Assembly: GCA_964394145.1 (NCBI GenBank)
Contig: CAYMVL010000044.1
Span: 560-64,559 of the forward strand
DNA: 64,000 nt
Source of the DNA: an uncultured Dehalococcoidales bacterium
Lineage (GTDB): Bacteria; Chloroflexota; Dehalococcoidia; GIF9; AB-539-J10
Direction: 5' to 3'
Part shown: piece after piece, positions 18,407-28,449 of the stretch
How the letters are laid out: the number at the start of each line of letters is the position of its first letter
How positions within the stretch are numbered: position 1 is the stretch's first letter
Position numbers and translations under genes: made by a program
Notes under the pieces: generated by a model
What the model was told of the DNA's origin: nothing
The model's input: the letters and a program-made list of their open reading frames with translations, nothing else
Databases searched by the model: none

Positions 18407-18973
18407 ATGATAAATCAAGATGAAATCAAGTTGGCAATGACTTCTATAATCGGGGCCATTGGTGATGACCCGCTCAGGGATGGCATAAAGGATACTCCGC
18501 GGCGGGTGGCTGAAATGTATGTTGAGCTTTTCTCCGGTCTGGATGCTGACCCTAAAGCTGAGTTGACAGTGGACTTCGAGGTCGGATATCAGGAGATGGT
18601 AGTTCTCAAAGACATACCCTTCTATTCGATGTGTGAGCACCACCTGCTTCCTTTCTATGGTTTGGCTCATATTGGATATATACCCGGTGCGGACGGCAGA
18701 GTTGTCGGGATAAGCAAGCTGGCCAGGGTGGTGGAGATATTCGCCAGGAGGCCACAAATTCAGGAAAGAATGACTCAGCAAATTGCTGATACCATCTTCG
18801 AAGCTCTCCAGCCTGACGGCGTAGCTGTGGTTGTTCAAGCAGAGCACCTGTGTATGGTCATGCGCGGAATCAAGAAACCGGGGGCCAATGTGGTCACTTC
18901 GGCAATGAGAGGAAGTTTCCGTAGTAAAGCGATGACACGCTCTGAATTCCTGGCTCTAATCCATGGGAGATAG
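18407..18973 (+). CDS. folE: GTP cyclohydrolase I
   Basis: 188 aa. Motifs: DTPRRVAEMY, FYSMCEHHLLPF, QERMTQQIA, AEHLCMVMRG. Confidence 0.9.
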   Translation: MINQDEIKLAMTSIIGAIGDDPLRDGIKDTPRRVAEMYVELFSGLDADPKAELTVDFEVGYQEMVVLKDIPFYSMCEHHLLPFYGLAHIGYIPGADGRVVGISKLARVVEIFARRPQIQERMTQQIADTIFEALQPDGVAVVVQAEHLCMVMRGIKKPGANVVTSAMRGSFRSKAMTRSEFLALIHGR

Positions 18974-18974
18974 T

Positions 18975-20222
18975 CTATTCGTGGCGCAGGGACTCGATAG
19001 GATCGAGCCGCGCAGCTCGAAATGCCGGGTATATACCGGAAACAAGCCCGATGAATATCGAGACTCCTACCGCCAGGGCAATTACATCGCCCGGGAGCAA
19101 AGCGGGGAGGGGAAAACCCATGTTTGTCGCTACGTTAGAGGCAATCTTCACCAGAAGCCAGCTTAGAGCTACTCCTACAGCGCCGCCGGCGAAACTCAGA
19201 GTTGCAGCTTCAGTTAGGAACTGAGTCAGGATGTCTCGGCGTTTGGCTCCTATAGCCTTGCGCAGCCCAATTTCCTTGGTGCGCTCAGTTACCGAAACCA
19301 GCATGATGTTCATTATGCCAATGCCTCCGACAAGCAAGGATATGCCGGCTATGGCAGCGAGGACAAGTTGCACTATTCCCAGTATCTGGTTAGCTATTTG
19401 CGATACGGAACTCATGCTAACAACAGAGAAGTCATTCTCCTCTCCCTCTCTGATATGATGTCGCTGTCTCAGGATGCTCGTAATCTCCTGCTCAGCAGAA
19501 TCTATCGCGTTTTCGCTGCTGGCCCTCACGCTGATAACCTGAACGCTATGCCCCAGGCTGGTAATTTCCTGAGCTGCCAAAGAGGACTGGAGCGTCGATA
19601 ACGGAATGTATACTGATAAGTCCTCAAATCCAAATGTACTCCCTTTGCTTTCAAGTACTCCAATGATAGTGAATTTACGCCCATTTACACGTATGCTCTG
19701 ACCTGTAGGGTCGAACTGCTCCCCGAACAGACTTTCGGCCACTTTGCTTCCCAGTGCGACTACTCTCGATTTTGCCTTGTAATCTCGCTCGGTGATGAAG
19801 CTGCCCTGAGCCATATTAAGGTTGTTGACCCACATGTACTCTGGCGTTATTCCGGCAACTGTAACTCCGGCATTCTCTCTTCCTGCTGCAATCTGAGCAG
19901 TAATCTGTGCCACCGGCGCCACTGCCGCGATGGAAGCCGCATTAGAGGCAATGGCCTCAGCGTCTTCCATGGTCAGTGTTTGCCCTCTACCCATCGTTCC
20001 TCCTATCCCACCACTGTTCGAGGAGCCAGGCATGACATATATTAGATTAGACCCCAGAGAGGCAAAAGCCTCCTGTGTCACGGACTCCTGTGCTTTTCCC
20101 AGGGACACTACGGAAATAACCGCGGCTACGCCGATAAGGATGCCCAGCATGGTCAGAATCGACCTTAGCTTGTTACCGGCTATGGCACGGAGAGCGGTGG
20201 TAAAGCAATCCCATGGTCTCAT
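18975..20222 (-). CDS. ABC transporter permease, MacB/FtsX type
   Basis: 415 aa. N-terminal TM helix, large periplasmic domain, and a C-terminal FtsX-like 3-TM region ([21 protein letters not shown]). Confidence 0.85.
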   Translation of the reverse strand: MRPWDCFTTALRAIAGNKLRSILTMLGILIGVAAVISVVSLGKAQESVTQEAFASLGSNLIYVMPGSSNSGGIGGTMGRGQTLTMEDAEAIASNAASIAAVAPVAQITAQIAAGRENAGVTVAGITPEYMWVNNLNMAQGSFITERDYKAKSRVVALGSKVAESLFGEQFDPTGQSIRVNGRKFTIIGVLESKGSTFGFEDLSVYIPLSTLQSSLAAQEITSLGHSVQVISVRASSENAIDSAEQEITSILRQRHHIREGEENDFSVVSMSSVSQIANQILGIVQLVLAAIAGISLLVGGIGIMNIMLVSVTERTKEIGLRKAIGAKRRDILTQFLTEAATLSFAGGAVGVALSWLLVKIASNVATNMGFPLPALLPGDVIALAVGVSIFIGLVSGIYPAFRAARLDPIESLRHE

Positions 20223-20878
20223 TCTTCTATCTGGCCATCCCTCATTCTGATGGTGCGCTGGGTATAGGCGGCAATATCAGGCTCATGCGTAACCAGTACG
20301 ATGGTTATTCCCTGCTGGTTCAACTGCTGGAACAGAAACATAACGTCCTTGCTGGTCTGGGTATCGAGATTACCTGTAGGTTCATCAGCCAGAATGAGCG
20401 ATGGAGTGTTTATTAATGCCCTGGCAATGGCTACTCTCTGCTGCTCGCCTCCGGCCAGCTCGCTTGGCCTGTGAGTGGCCCGATGGGCCAGGCCTACTGA
20501 TGCTAGGGCCCGTAAAGCTCGCTGCCGTCGATTATGAGCACCACTGTAAACAAGCGGCAATTCCACATTAGCCAGAGCCGTGTTTCTGGCTAACAGGTTG
20601 AAACTCTGGAAGACAAAGCCTATCTTCTTATTCCTTATCTCGGCTAATTGATTGTCGCTCAGTTTGCTCACCTCGATTCCGTCGAGGCGATATTGGCCTG
20701 AGCTGGGTTTGTCAAGGCACCCGATAATGTTCATCAGGGTGGATTTACCTGAGCCCGACGGTCCTGTAATTGAGACCATCTCTCCTGTCTCTATACGACA
20801 GCTCACAGCCCGCAGGGCAGTAACCTCTGTCTGGCCTGCTCTATATATCTTGCTTATGTTACTCAGCTCAATCATCAA
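20219..20878 (-). CDS. ABC transporter ATP-binding protein (MacB/LolD-like)
   Basis: Walker [10 protein letters not shown], signature LAGGEQQR, Walker B LILADEPT. 4-nt overlap with the permease gene. Confidence 0.9.
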   Translation of the reverse strand: MMIELSNISKIYRAGQTEVTALRAVSCRIETGEMVSITGPSGSGKSTLMNIIGCLDKPSSGQYRLDGIEVSKLSDNQLAEIRNKKIGFVFQSFNLLARNTALANVELPLVYSGAHNRRQRALRALASVGLAHRATHRPSELAGGEQQRVAIARALINTPSLILADEPTGNLDTQTSKDVMFLFQQLNQQGITIVLVTHEPDIAAYTQRTIRMRDGQIEE

Positions 20879-22117
20879 TCACATTTCGAATATCGAAGAG
20901 GGGAATTGTGTTAAGGTGGGCAATATTACCCTGTCCCCCTCTTCTAATCCGCTAAGAACCTCAGTGCTTATCCCGTCGGATAGACCAAGTATGATGCTTC
21001 TTTGCTCAACCTGGTCACCCCTGACAACCTCTGCAGTTGGATTATCCAGGCTGCCCTGAATAGCCCGGTTCGGCAGCAGTAATACATCGTCATGGTGCTC
21101 AACGACTATTTCCGCAGTGGCACTCATACCATCTCTGAGTTTTTTATCCCGTTTCTTCAATGTTATTGTGCTTTGATAGGATACCACTCCTGCCTGGACC
21201 GTGCCTGCTGGAGAGATATATGTTAGTGTCCCTTCTACTTCCTTGTCGGGCATGGCGTCCAGCGTGATCTGCGCCTCCTGGCCCAGTTCCACCATGGAGA
21301 TATCTATCTCATCGATGGTTCCGTCCATTTCTATCTTGCTAATGTCGATTAAGCTGATCGCTGGACTGGCGTACGTCGCAGCTGAGACTTGTTCTCCCTC
21401 AATTATCGATACGGCAGCTACGACGCCATCTAGAGAAGCGGTAATCACGGTTTTGGTCAACTCCAGCTCAGCACTGGCCAGGTCTAATTCGGCTGCATCC
21501 AGAGCCGTCTTGGCCTGCTCTACCTTTAGCTCCAGCAGTTTGATTGAAAGAGGTAGTGCCCATGGCCTGGATTGCGATTTCTCCTGCGCTTTGACCAGGT
21601 TCGCCCCGACTGAATCCAGCAGTGCTTGTGCCTCTTCAGTCTCCCCTTGTTGCAGAAGCCTCCCCGCTTCTCTCAGGTTATGCTCCGCTTCATCTAGAGC
21701 TATCCATACTCCAGGTAGATCAGTAGCATAGGTATTGGTGTAATGAGGGTATATAGTCTGCATGAGCTGATTCTCGGCCACCGTATAGTCAATCTGAGCT
21801 GCTTCACATCTCGCCTTAGCCTTTTCTACGTTCAATTCCAGAGACTTGGCATCGAGCCTAGCTAATTCCTGTCCTTTCAATACGCTATCTCCCTCACTCA
21901 CCAGTACCTCTGCCACCGTTCCTGTGGTGCCAAATGATAAGTCTGCCCTATGGGGCATTTCCAGGTTGCCGCTGACGGTGACGACTATCTCCAAGTCGCC
22001 TCGAGTTACCACGCTGGTTTCTGGCGCCGTGGTTTCAGGAGCAGCGCAGCCAGTAAATACCATGCTAACCAAGCTGACTATCATTATGAGCGTTAGATAT
22101 TTCTTCATTTCTATCAC
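20879..22117 (-). CDS. HlyD-family periplasmic adaptor (membrane fusion protein)
   Basis: 412 aa. Signal/lipobox-like N-terminus (FTGCAAP), a long coiled-coil segment and beta-barrel motifs. Abuts the ABC ATPase gene with no gap. Confidence 0.8.
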   Translation of the reverse strand: MIEMKKYLTLIMIVSLVSMVFTGCAAPETTAPETSVVTRGDLEIVVTVSGNLEMPHRADLSFGTTGTVAEVLVSEGDSVLKGQELARLDAKSLELNVEKAKARCEAAQIDYTVAENQLMQTIYPHYTNTYATDLPGVWIALDEAEHNLREAGRLLQQGETEEAQALLDSVGANLVKAQEKSQSRPWALPLSIKLLELKVEQAKTALDAAELDLASAELELTKTVITASLDGVVAAVSIIEGEQVSAATYASPAISLIDISKIEMDGTIDEIDISMVELGQEAQITLDAMPDKEVEGTLTYISPAGTVQAGVVSYQSTITLKKRDKKLRDGMSATAEIVVEHHDDVLLLPNRAIQGSLDNPTAEVVRGDQVEQRSIILGLSDGISTEVLSGLEEGDRVILPTLTQFPSSIFEM

Positions 22118-22222
22118 CCCTTCTTATTGCTCTTGTATTGCTATGAGTTACCTGTTATCTAGCCAATAATGATTTGAGCCGTAAGCCTGGGATGGCGATA
22201 AATAACAGTCCGGTTATCAACT

Positions 22223-22501
22223 TCAATAACCTGGCCCGTTTGAGTCTGAGCTTTCGGCTTCCGTCAGCAACTTAGTAAAATATTTGACCTCGCGGCTTAT
22301 AGCGTTAACCAGATCTTCTACAGCCTCAACCTTAATCAGCAGAATCCCGGCTCCTTGGGGCAGATTGAAAGCTAGAAGCTTGGTGCCAACAGCTATCCCC
22401 AATTCTCTTCGTGCCTCCACAGGAATCACCAGCTGCCCGCGGGGGCCAACTACTGCAGAGCCAAAGTATTTGTGCACTGTACGCCTATCGTCTTGTTCCA
22501 T
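22223..22501 (-). CDS. AbrB/MazE/SpoVT-family DNA-binding protein
   Basis: 92 aa. VVGPRGQLVIPVEARRELGI is the swapped-hairpin SpoVT-AbrB motif. First gene of the efflux operon. Confidence 0.75.
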   Translation of the reverse strand: MEQDDRRTVHKYFGSAVVGPRGQLVIPVEARRELGIAVGTKLLAFNLPQGAGILLIKVEAVEDLVNAISREVKYFTKLLTEAESSDSNGPGY

Positions 22502-22537
22502 CTTTTCCTCCCCTGATGAGCTTGGCGTTAATCGGGA

Positions 22538-22567
22538 ATTGTATGAATTCTCTTATTAGTTTGTCAA
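22538..22567 (-). promoter_or_regulatory. candidate sigma-70 promoter for the abrB-like/efflux operon
   Basis: On the minus strand: TTGACA (22567-22562), 18-nt spacer, TACAAT (22543-22538). About 36 nt upstream of the ATG, which has a GGGGAGGAAAAG SD. Confidence 0.45.
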
Positions 22568-22956
22568 ATAATGAAAATCTGACTATTTGGCTAACTTGAA
22601 TTGGAGCGCTGCTCCTCCGCCAAAGCTGTAGACATTGAATCGTTTATCGCGACCATTTTGGCGTCGTACTGTAATGGCTTGGGGATGAACCTGTTTACTA
22701 GCCAGCATGCAGGGGGGCTAAAAGTGCATATATAGCATCTGCGCGATGCAAAATGCTAATAGGCTCGAGTCGGGCAGTCGGTTAGATAGCTAAATGGGCC
22801 GTTTATTATAGTATGCAGCCAGCATAGTGGTTTTTGGGCTAGGAGAGCTAGCTAGAGCAAATGGAATACTTGCGGCGGAAGCGTGGGCCGTATGACTTCA
22901 GGCATGATGTTGGTTGCTTCAATACAGGGACTTGCTCGGAGTCTACCTGTTTCCTC

Positions 22957-23802
22957 TTAGCCGTGTTCTGTGATGTGGGCCGTCCTTGTTTCCCACATCT
23001 TCAGCGATTCCTTCTCCTCGTCGAGGTAAGCACGCTGGCGGCTAATAAGCAAATCCCAGTCGATCTCGTGTCCATTGAACTCCGGCCCATCAATACAGGC
23101 AAATTTAGTCTCGCCGCTTACTGATACCCGGCAGCAACCGCACATACCGGTGCCGTCAACCATTATAGGGTTGAGGCTCACAACGGTCCTGACGCCAAAA
23201 GGCTTGGTAGTGAGGGAGCAGAACTTCATCATGACTGTGGGGCCGATGGCAATCACTCTATCAACTCTGGTCTTTTCTAGAAGCTCTCTTAATGGCTCTG
23301 TGACCAGCCCTTTGCGCTTGTATGAGCCATCGTCGGTAGTTACGATTAGCTCGTCGCTTACGCTACGCAAGCGTTCTTCCCAGAAAACAAGGTCTTTTGT
23401 GCGGAACCCCATAATTGAGATGACCTTGTTCCCTTTCTTTTTCATCGCCCGAGCAATTGGTATTATGGTGGCAATGGCAAATCCTCCGGCGACACACACC
23501 ACAGTGCCAAACTTTTCGATCTCTGTGGGGCGACCCAGTGGGCCAACGAAGTTAAGGATTTTATCGCCGGCGTTAAGTAAAGCTAATTTCTTTGTAGAGG
23601 TGCCTACTTCTACGAAAACGATGCTTACAGATCCTTCTTCCGCGTCCCAATCGGCGATGGTCAGTGGAATCCGCTCGCCAGTGTCATCACTTCTGACGAT
23701 TACAAATTGCCCTGGCTGAGCCTTGTTGGCTACCATTGGTGCTTCGACTCTAAACAGATGAGTGTCTGGAGTAAAGTCTTCTCTACCTAAAATCCGGTAC
23801 AT
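22957..23802 (-). CDS. PyrK / sulfide-dehydrogenase-beta-like FAD/NAD(P)-binding oxidoreductase subunit with C-terminal 2Fe-2S Cys cluster
   Basis: The internal ATG at 23802 (MYRILGREDF...) gives the usual length of about 281 aa. Motifs: GQFVIV...RIPLTI flavin-binding site, GGFAIAT, and C-terminal CGCCRV...CIDGPEF. Confidence 0.8.
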   Translation of the reverse strand: MYRILGREDFTPDTHLFRVEAPMVANKAQPGQFVIVRSDDTGERIPLTIADWDAEEGSVSIVFVEVGTSTKKLALLNAGDKILNFVGPLGRPTEIEKFGTVVCVAGGFAIATIIPIARAMKKKGNKVISIMGFRTKDLVFWEERLRSVSDELIVTTDDGSYKRKGLVTEPLRELLEKTRVDRVIAIGPTVMMKFCSLTTKPFGVRTVVSLNPIMVDGTGMCGCCRVSVSGETKFACIDGPEFNGHEIDWDLLISRQRAYLDEEKESLKMWETRTAHITEHG

Positions 23803-24019
23803 ATGACTCTTTCGATGTGAGTCGAATAAACCTTTACTGGGAATTGTAGCATCAATCGATATAATTGTGTAATCCTTTACCGGGTGGTCCTCCTCCTTCT
23901 CCGGACAAAGTGCCCCGTGTGGAGCTTGTGCCGGCAAGTCTAACATGACGCCAATGCCGCTCTGCCAGGGCTACAGTTGCAGACACCATCTTGATTTTTT
24001 GAAGGGGGCCCTATGTCAA

Positions 24020-24460
24020 CTAAGCTCGAACGTCGAAATTATCGCCCGGCTTCACCATCCCTCCCTGAATTACCCGCGCAAATACTCCTTCATGTACAAG
24101 AGGGCGGAATTCCGGCTGGTCGTGTTCTTTGCCAATCTGCGTAATCTCCAAAATGACGTGCTGACCAATGTGTATTCGTGTGCCGGTAGCTAGGCGAGCT
24201 AAGTCTACTCCCTCGGTGAGAATGTTTTCAGCAGAGTCGCCAGGAGCTATTTTAACACCTTCACCGTACACCCGTCTGATGCTCTCCATCGTGAGAAGAC
24301 TAACCTGTCGAGGACTGCCAGCATGAGCGTCGCCAATAAGGCCATAACCTTCCCTGAGAAAGCTGTGACTGACAGGCTCTTTCTTGCTTCCCTTGTCCCG
24401 GCTTGAACAAACCGCCACTATCTTACCCGTTGGCAATGTAGGTGCCGCTCTTGCCGCCAC
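24020..24460 (-). CDS. MOSC-domain protein
   Basis: 146 aa. GDAHAG...RQVSLL and ENILTEG...G motifs are typical of MOSC domains. GTG start overlapping the moaC 3' end; the exact start is uncertain. Confidence 0.7.
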   Translation of the reverse strand: MAARAAPTLPTGKIVAVCSSRDKGSKKEPVSHSFLREGYGLIGDAHAGSPRQVSLLTMESIRRVYGEGVKIAPGDSAENILTEGVDLARLATGTRIHIGQHVILEITQIGKEHDQPEFRPLVHEGVFARVIQGGMVKPGDNFDVRA

Positions 24461-24899
24461 TCTTCCTTGCTAAGCGTATCCCCTCGATAGTCATCTCTCT
24501 GTCTATCCCCTTGCACATATCATATATGCTGAGAGCGCTTATGGACACAGCAACCAGCGCCTCCATTTCAAATCCTGTTTTCCCTATACCCTTAGCAGTG
24601 GCAGTAATCTTAATGAAGTCACCCTTCTCGGCCAGATCGAATTCAACTGCAACGTTTGTGAGCAGCAATGGGTGACATAGTGGTATGAGGTGAGGCGTCT
24701 CCTTTGCTGCCATGATGCCGGCTGTTTGTGCGCAAGACAAGACATCTCCTTTTGCCATCTTACCACTGCGGATAAGCTCGAGTGTCTCCGGTTTCATTTT
24801 GACTCTGCATTCCGCTACTGCCTGGCGTTCTGTCTCCGCCTTCCCGGTAATATCGAGCATCCGTATTCGCTGTGCAGATTGTGGGATATCCATTCTCAA
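24423..24899 (-). CDS. moaC: cyclic pyranopterin monophosphate synthase MoaC
   Basis: Motifs: MLDITGK, KGDVLSCAQTAGIMAAKET..LIPLCHP, GIGKTGFEMEAL. Confidence 0.9.
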   Translation of the reverse strand: MRMDIPQSAQRIRMLDITGKAETERQAVAECRVKMKPETLELIRSGKMAKGDVLSCAQTAGIMAAKETPHLIPLCHPLLLTNVAVEFDLAEKGDFIKITATAKGIGKTGFEMEALVAVSISALSIYDMCKGIDREMTIEGIRLARKSGGKSGTYIANG

Positions 24900-25870
24900 C
24901 CTCCAATTTGAGACATATGCCGCTTCGCCGGTACAATACCCTCTGCTAGTCTGTGCTTCTCCGGCTTAGAAGCGACCACATCTAGAATCAAGTGCGCCAG
25001 TTCCCTGGCGGAAGCATTATTGCGCAGTGGTCCCTTCAAATCGATGCCCTCATCTGCCAGAAGGCAGGGGCATAACTGGCCGCAAGAGGTAAGCCGTAAG
25101 CGATTACAGGTAGGACAAAAGGGCTCAGTGATTGGGCTGATGAAACCTATGGTGCCTTCAGCTCCTGGCAGAGTGTAGCATGTTGCCGGGCCATTTCCTG
25201 TGGGAGCCGGGCACGGCGTTAGTGTGCCAAGAGACCTGCCAATGCGCTCTCGTAAGTCGACCGCTGGCACAGGTTCCGCTATATTACTGAAAGGCATGAG
25301 TTCAATGAATCGAACATGTAATTTCTCCTTGTAAGTCATAGTGGCGAAATCCAGCACCTCGTCATCGTTTATATCCTTCATGACTACCATATTTATCTTG
25401 ATGGGGTCGAAGCCAATCTCCTTTGATGCCTCAATGCCACTCAGGGTATCATTTAACTCTCCCAGCCGGGTGATTTCCCGAAATCTACCGGGCTTCAGTG
25501 TGTCTAGGCTAATATTGATCCGCTTTAAGCCTGCCTGTTTAAGTTCTAGGGCATGGCGGTCTAGGAGTGTTCCGTTTGTGGTCAAAGATACCTCATCAAT
25601 CCCCCCCAGTTCATAGAGCATCTCCACAAGCCTGGGCAGACCTTCTCTAACCAATGGCTCGCCCCCTGTGAGACGTATCTTGTTGATTCCCATACCCGCC
25701 GCTACCTTGACGATGGTGGAGATTTCCTCATAGGAGAGTAGTTCGCCATGTGGTATCCAGGGAACACCCTCGGGAGGCATGCAATAGATACAGCGCAGGT
25801 TACATCGGTCGGTGACTGAGATCCGGAGATAATTTACAATGCGTCCAAAAGGGTCAAAGAGCTCTGTCAT
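24896..25870 (-). CDS. moaA: GTP 3',8-cyclase MoaA (radical SAM)
   Basis: LRISVTDRCNLRCIYCMP (CxxxCxxC), LTGGEPL, and a C-terminal CxxCxRLRLT second cluster. 4-nt overlap with moaC. Confidence 0.9.
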   Translation of the reverse strand: MTELFDPFGRIVNYLRISVTDRCNLRCIYCMPPEGVPWIPHGELLSYEEISTIVKVAAGMGINKIRLTGGEPLVREGLPRLVEMLYELGGIDEVSLTTNGTLLDRHALELKQAGLKRINISLDTLKPGRFREITRLGELNDTLSGIEASKEIGFDPIKINMVVMKDINDDEVLDFATMTYKEKLHVRFIELMPFSNIAEPVPAVDLRERIGRSLGTLTPCPAPTGNGPATCYTLPGAEGTIGFISPITEPFCPTCNRLRLTSCGQLCPCLLADEGIDLKGPLRNNASARELAHLILDVVASKPEKHRLAEGIVPAKRHMSQIGG

Positions 25871-26058
25871 GCTTCATTCCCTCGTCTGGTAGCTCCAAAT
25901 CCTACTACTCTCGTGCGGTCTCTAATAGTGCTTTGGTTTGTATCGTGGGTTGTTTCCACTCCAGAACGGCGGGCCGTATTATATGCAGTAGTGGGAAAAT
26001 GGAATGGCGCCGAAAAGCGACTTGCTGGTGAAGCTGCTGTTACAACTACGAAATCCAT
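25867..26058 (-). CDS. 63-codon leader ORF between the putative Moco riboswitch and moaA (hypothetical)
   Basis: The ATG at 26058 has an AAAGGAGAGAAG SD immediately upstream. Its stop overlaps the moaA ATG (ATGA, 25867-25870). No recognisable family; coding status unproven. Confidence 0.3.
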   Translation of the reverse strand: MDFVVVTAASPASRFSAPFHFPTTAYNTARRSGVETTHDTNQSTIRDRTRVVGFGATRRGNEA

Positions 26059-26059
26059 C

Positions 26060-26176
26060 TTCTCTCCTTTCCAAACGCGGGAGGCCTGATTCTTTCAACC
26101 AAGACCCTCGAGACTCTCAGTCTGCCGGTTGCTAACCATGGATTTCTCTTTAGGCAAGCAACTCGGAGAGAAACAT
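26060..26176 (-). promoter_or_regulatory. candidate molybdenum-cofactor (Moco) riboswitch
   Basis: The minus strand reads UUUCUCUCCGAG-UUGCU...AGCAAC-CGGC-AGACUGAGAGUCU-...-AGGCCUCCCGCG-...GGAGAGAA-AUG. The CUCCGAG and GCCUCCC blocks are in the order I recall for the Moco RNA motif. The 5' UUCUCUCC can pair with the downstream SD GGAGAGAA. Location is upstream of moaA. Confidence 0.45.
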
Positions 26177-26458
26177 CCAAGTTTGCTGCTTATTGTATGC
26201 CATCTTTAGAGGCGGGTCAACTTCTCTGTCGGTGCTGACGCGATAGGAGGCAATGGGTAAGAGTGGGGGCACAATACCTAGCTGCCCTTTTTTTCGTAAT
26301 CTGGGCACCAGGTAGCATTTGGTCGCTCAGGGCGGTGACAAGCACCGCGCCAGTTCCATTTACAGCTGTTGCATAGTATGGTATTCATGCCCAACGCTTC
26401 CTTTATCTTGAGCTTAATTTTGAAGGTCCAGCTTGGTCCGGTAGCACTCATGGCTGCT

Positions 26459-27727
26459 CTACATATCCTTGGACAAGGTGGCTAAGAATTCAGTGTTGTT
26501 CCTGGTCTTGGCCAATCTTTCCAGGATTCTTTGTGTAGCCTCACCATGGTGGTTGGGTGAATCGCTATCTATCATACCAAGCATGCGTCTGAGAAGCCAT
26601 ACCTGTTTTAGAGTATTATCGTCCAGTAACAGTTCCTCTCTTCTTGTGCTACTGGGCACAATATCTATGGCCGGGAAAATTCTCCTCTCAGCCAATTTCC
26701 TGTCTAAGTGAAGCTCCATATTCCCTGTGCCCTTGAACTCTTCGTATATAAGTTCATCCATGCGACTGCCTGTATCAACGAGACAAGTAGCGATTATGGT
26801 CAGGCTACCACCCTCATCAGTATTGCGGGCGGTACCGAAGAACTTCTTAGGAGGATGTAAGGCTGCTGAGTCTATACCACCAGATAGAGTGCGTCCGCTG
26901 GTAGGCATTGCTAAGTTGTAGGCTCGAGTAAGCCGGGTGATTCCATCAAGCAGTATAACAACGTCTTTGCCTATTTCGACAAGCCTTTTAGCTCTTTCCA
27001 GTGCCAGTTCGGCAACCTTGGTCTGGCTTTCCACTGGTTCATCAAAGGTAGCGGCTACAACCTCAGCCTTAACTGACCGCTGCATGTCGGTAACCTCCTC
27101 AGGTCTCTCTCCTATGAGGCAAATCATAAGATGGATATCGTTGTACTTTGTAGTGATTGCGTTGGCGATTTTCTTAAGCAGCACGGTTTTACCTGCCTTA
27201 GGTGGTGAGACGATGAGTCCTCTCTGCCCTCTGCCTATAGGTGCCACCAGGTTAATTAATCGGGTAGACAGCTCATCTGAACTAGTTTCCAGATCGATTA
27301 GCTTGTTGGGGAAAATAGGGACCAGGGAACCAAATGAGACTCGCGTTCTTGCCAGTTCAGGGTCAATCCCGTTGATACTTTCCACCCTGAGTAGACCATA
27401 GTATTTTTCACTTTCCTTGGGAGGTCTGGCTTGACCGCAGATATAGTCGCCATCTCTCAAGTTGAAGCGGCGAATCTGTGAATTTGAAACATAAACATCA
27501 TTGACACTACGCAGGAAAGTATCCTGGCGCAGGAAACCGTAGCCCTCGCTCATGATTTCCAGGACACCAGTTATGAGCAAATTTCCCTGTTGTTCTGCTT
27601 GTGACTTGAGAATGTGGAGAGCCAGGTCTGATTTCTTCAAATTGGAATAGCCACTGATGCCACAATCTTTAGCTAGAGCTTCAAGCTCATCGCGAGTCTT
27701 GTTTTCTAATTCCGCTATACTTAACAT
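26459..27727 (-). CDS. rho: transcription termination factor Rho
   Basis: 422 aa. N-terminal Rho_N helix, [14 protein letters not shown] cold-shock-like RNA-binding domain, Walker A PPKAGKT, and RRELL near the C-terminus. Confidence 0.95.
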   Translation of the reverse strand: MLSIAELENKTRDELEALAKDCGISGYSNLKKSDLALHILKSQAEQQGNLLITGVLEIMSEGYGFLRQDTFLRSVNDVYVSNSQIRRFNLRDGDYICGQARPPKESEKYYGLLRVESINGIDPELARTRVSFGSLVPIFPNKLIDLETSSDELSTRLINLVAPIGRGQRGLIVSPPKAGKTVLLKKIANAITTKYNDIHLMICLIGERPEEVTDMQRSVKAEVVAATFDEPVESQTKVAELALERAKRLVEIGKDVVILLDGITRLTRAYNLAMPTSGRTLSGGIDSAALHPPKKFFGTARNTDEGGSLTIIATCLVDTGSRMDELIYEEFKGTGNMELHLDRKLAERRIFPAIDIVPSSTRREELLLDDNTLKQVWLLRRMLGMIDSDSPNHHGEATQRILERLAKTRNNTEFLATLSKDM

Positions 27728-27766
27728 AATACCTCTCCTAAACGACTAGCTCCTATGGGACAAAAG

Positions 27767-28444
27767 CTATGGTTTTGTGGGGAACCTATCAACCTTATCA
27801 TCCATGACTCTCTTCCAATCATCCATGAAGCGTTCAACGCCAATATCACTGAGTGGATGTTGTATCATTTGTAGTAGCACTTTGTAGGGTATGGTGGCAA
27901 TATGTGCACCAATTTTGGCTGCCGTTAGGCAATGTTGAGTATGCCTGATACTAGCAGCTATGACTTGAGTAGGTAGTTGATAGTAATCAAAATATTCTAC
28001 AATATCAGCTACCAATTTCATGCCATCCTCACCAATGTCATCAAGCCTGCCTACAAATGGACTGACAAATGTAGCTCCTGCCGCTGCCCCCAGCACAGCC
28101 TGATTCAACGAGAAGCAAAGCGTAAAATTGACCTTTATATTTTCTTTTGACAGCACTGAGGTAGCTTCCACTCCTTCGAGGTTGGCCGGTATCTTGACTG
28201 CGATATTAGGCGCCCATTTAGCTATCTCTCTGGCTTCAGCTACCATCCCCTGAGCGTCACAACTCAACACTTCAGTGGACACCGGACCGGGGACAATCGA
28301 GCAAATTTCCTTTACCAGATGCTGGTAATCAATCTGACCTTCTCGAGATATTATGCTGGGATTTGTAGTTACCCCGCTGATTACTCCCAGTCTTACCCCA
28401 TGACGTATGTGTTCTATATTAGCAGTATCTAGAAATAATTCCAT
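27767..28444 (-). CDS. tal: short-type transaldolase / fructose-6-phosphate aldolase
   Basis: 225 aa. Motifs: MELFLDTANI, GVTTNPS, VKIPA (Schiff-base Lys), FVSPFVGRLDD. Confidence 0.9.
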   Translation of the reverse strand: MELFLDTANIEHIRHGVRLGVISGVTTNPSIISREGQIDYQHLVKEICSIVPGPVSTEVLSCDAQGMVAEAREIAKWAPNIAVKIPANLEGVEATSVLSKENIKVNFTLCFSLNQAVLGAAAGATFVSPFVGRLDDIGEDGMKLVADIVEYFDYYQLPTQVIAASIRHTQHCLTAAKIGAHIATIPYKVLLQMIQHPLSDIGVERFMDDWKRVMDDKVDRFPTKP

Positions 28445-28449
28445 CTTTC

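Noticed and set aside
26267-26294. Plus-strand terminator-like hairpin GGGCA-11 nt-TGCCC followed by T7, between rho and the moa leader.
   Set aside because: There is no plus-strand gene anywhere upstream; the region 18975-33500 is entirely minus-strand coding. On the minus strand the U-run is on the wrong side. It might stop antisense transcription across the riboswitch, but I found no convincing plus-strand promoter.
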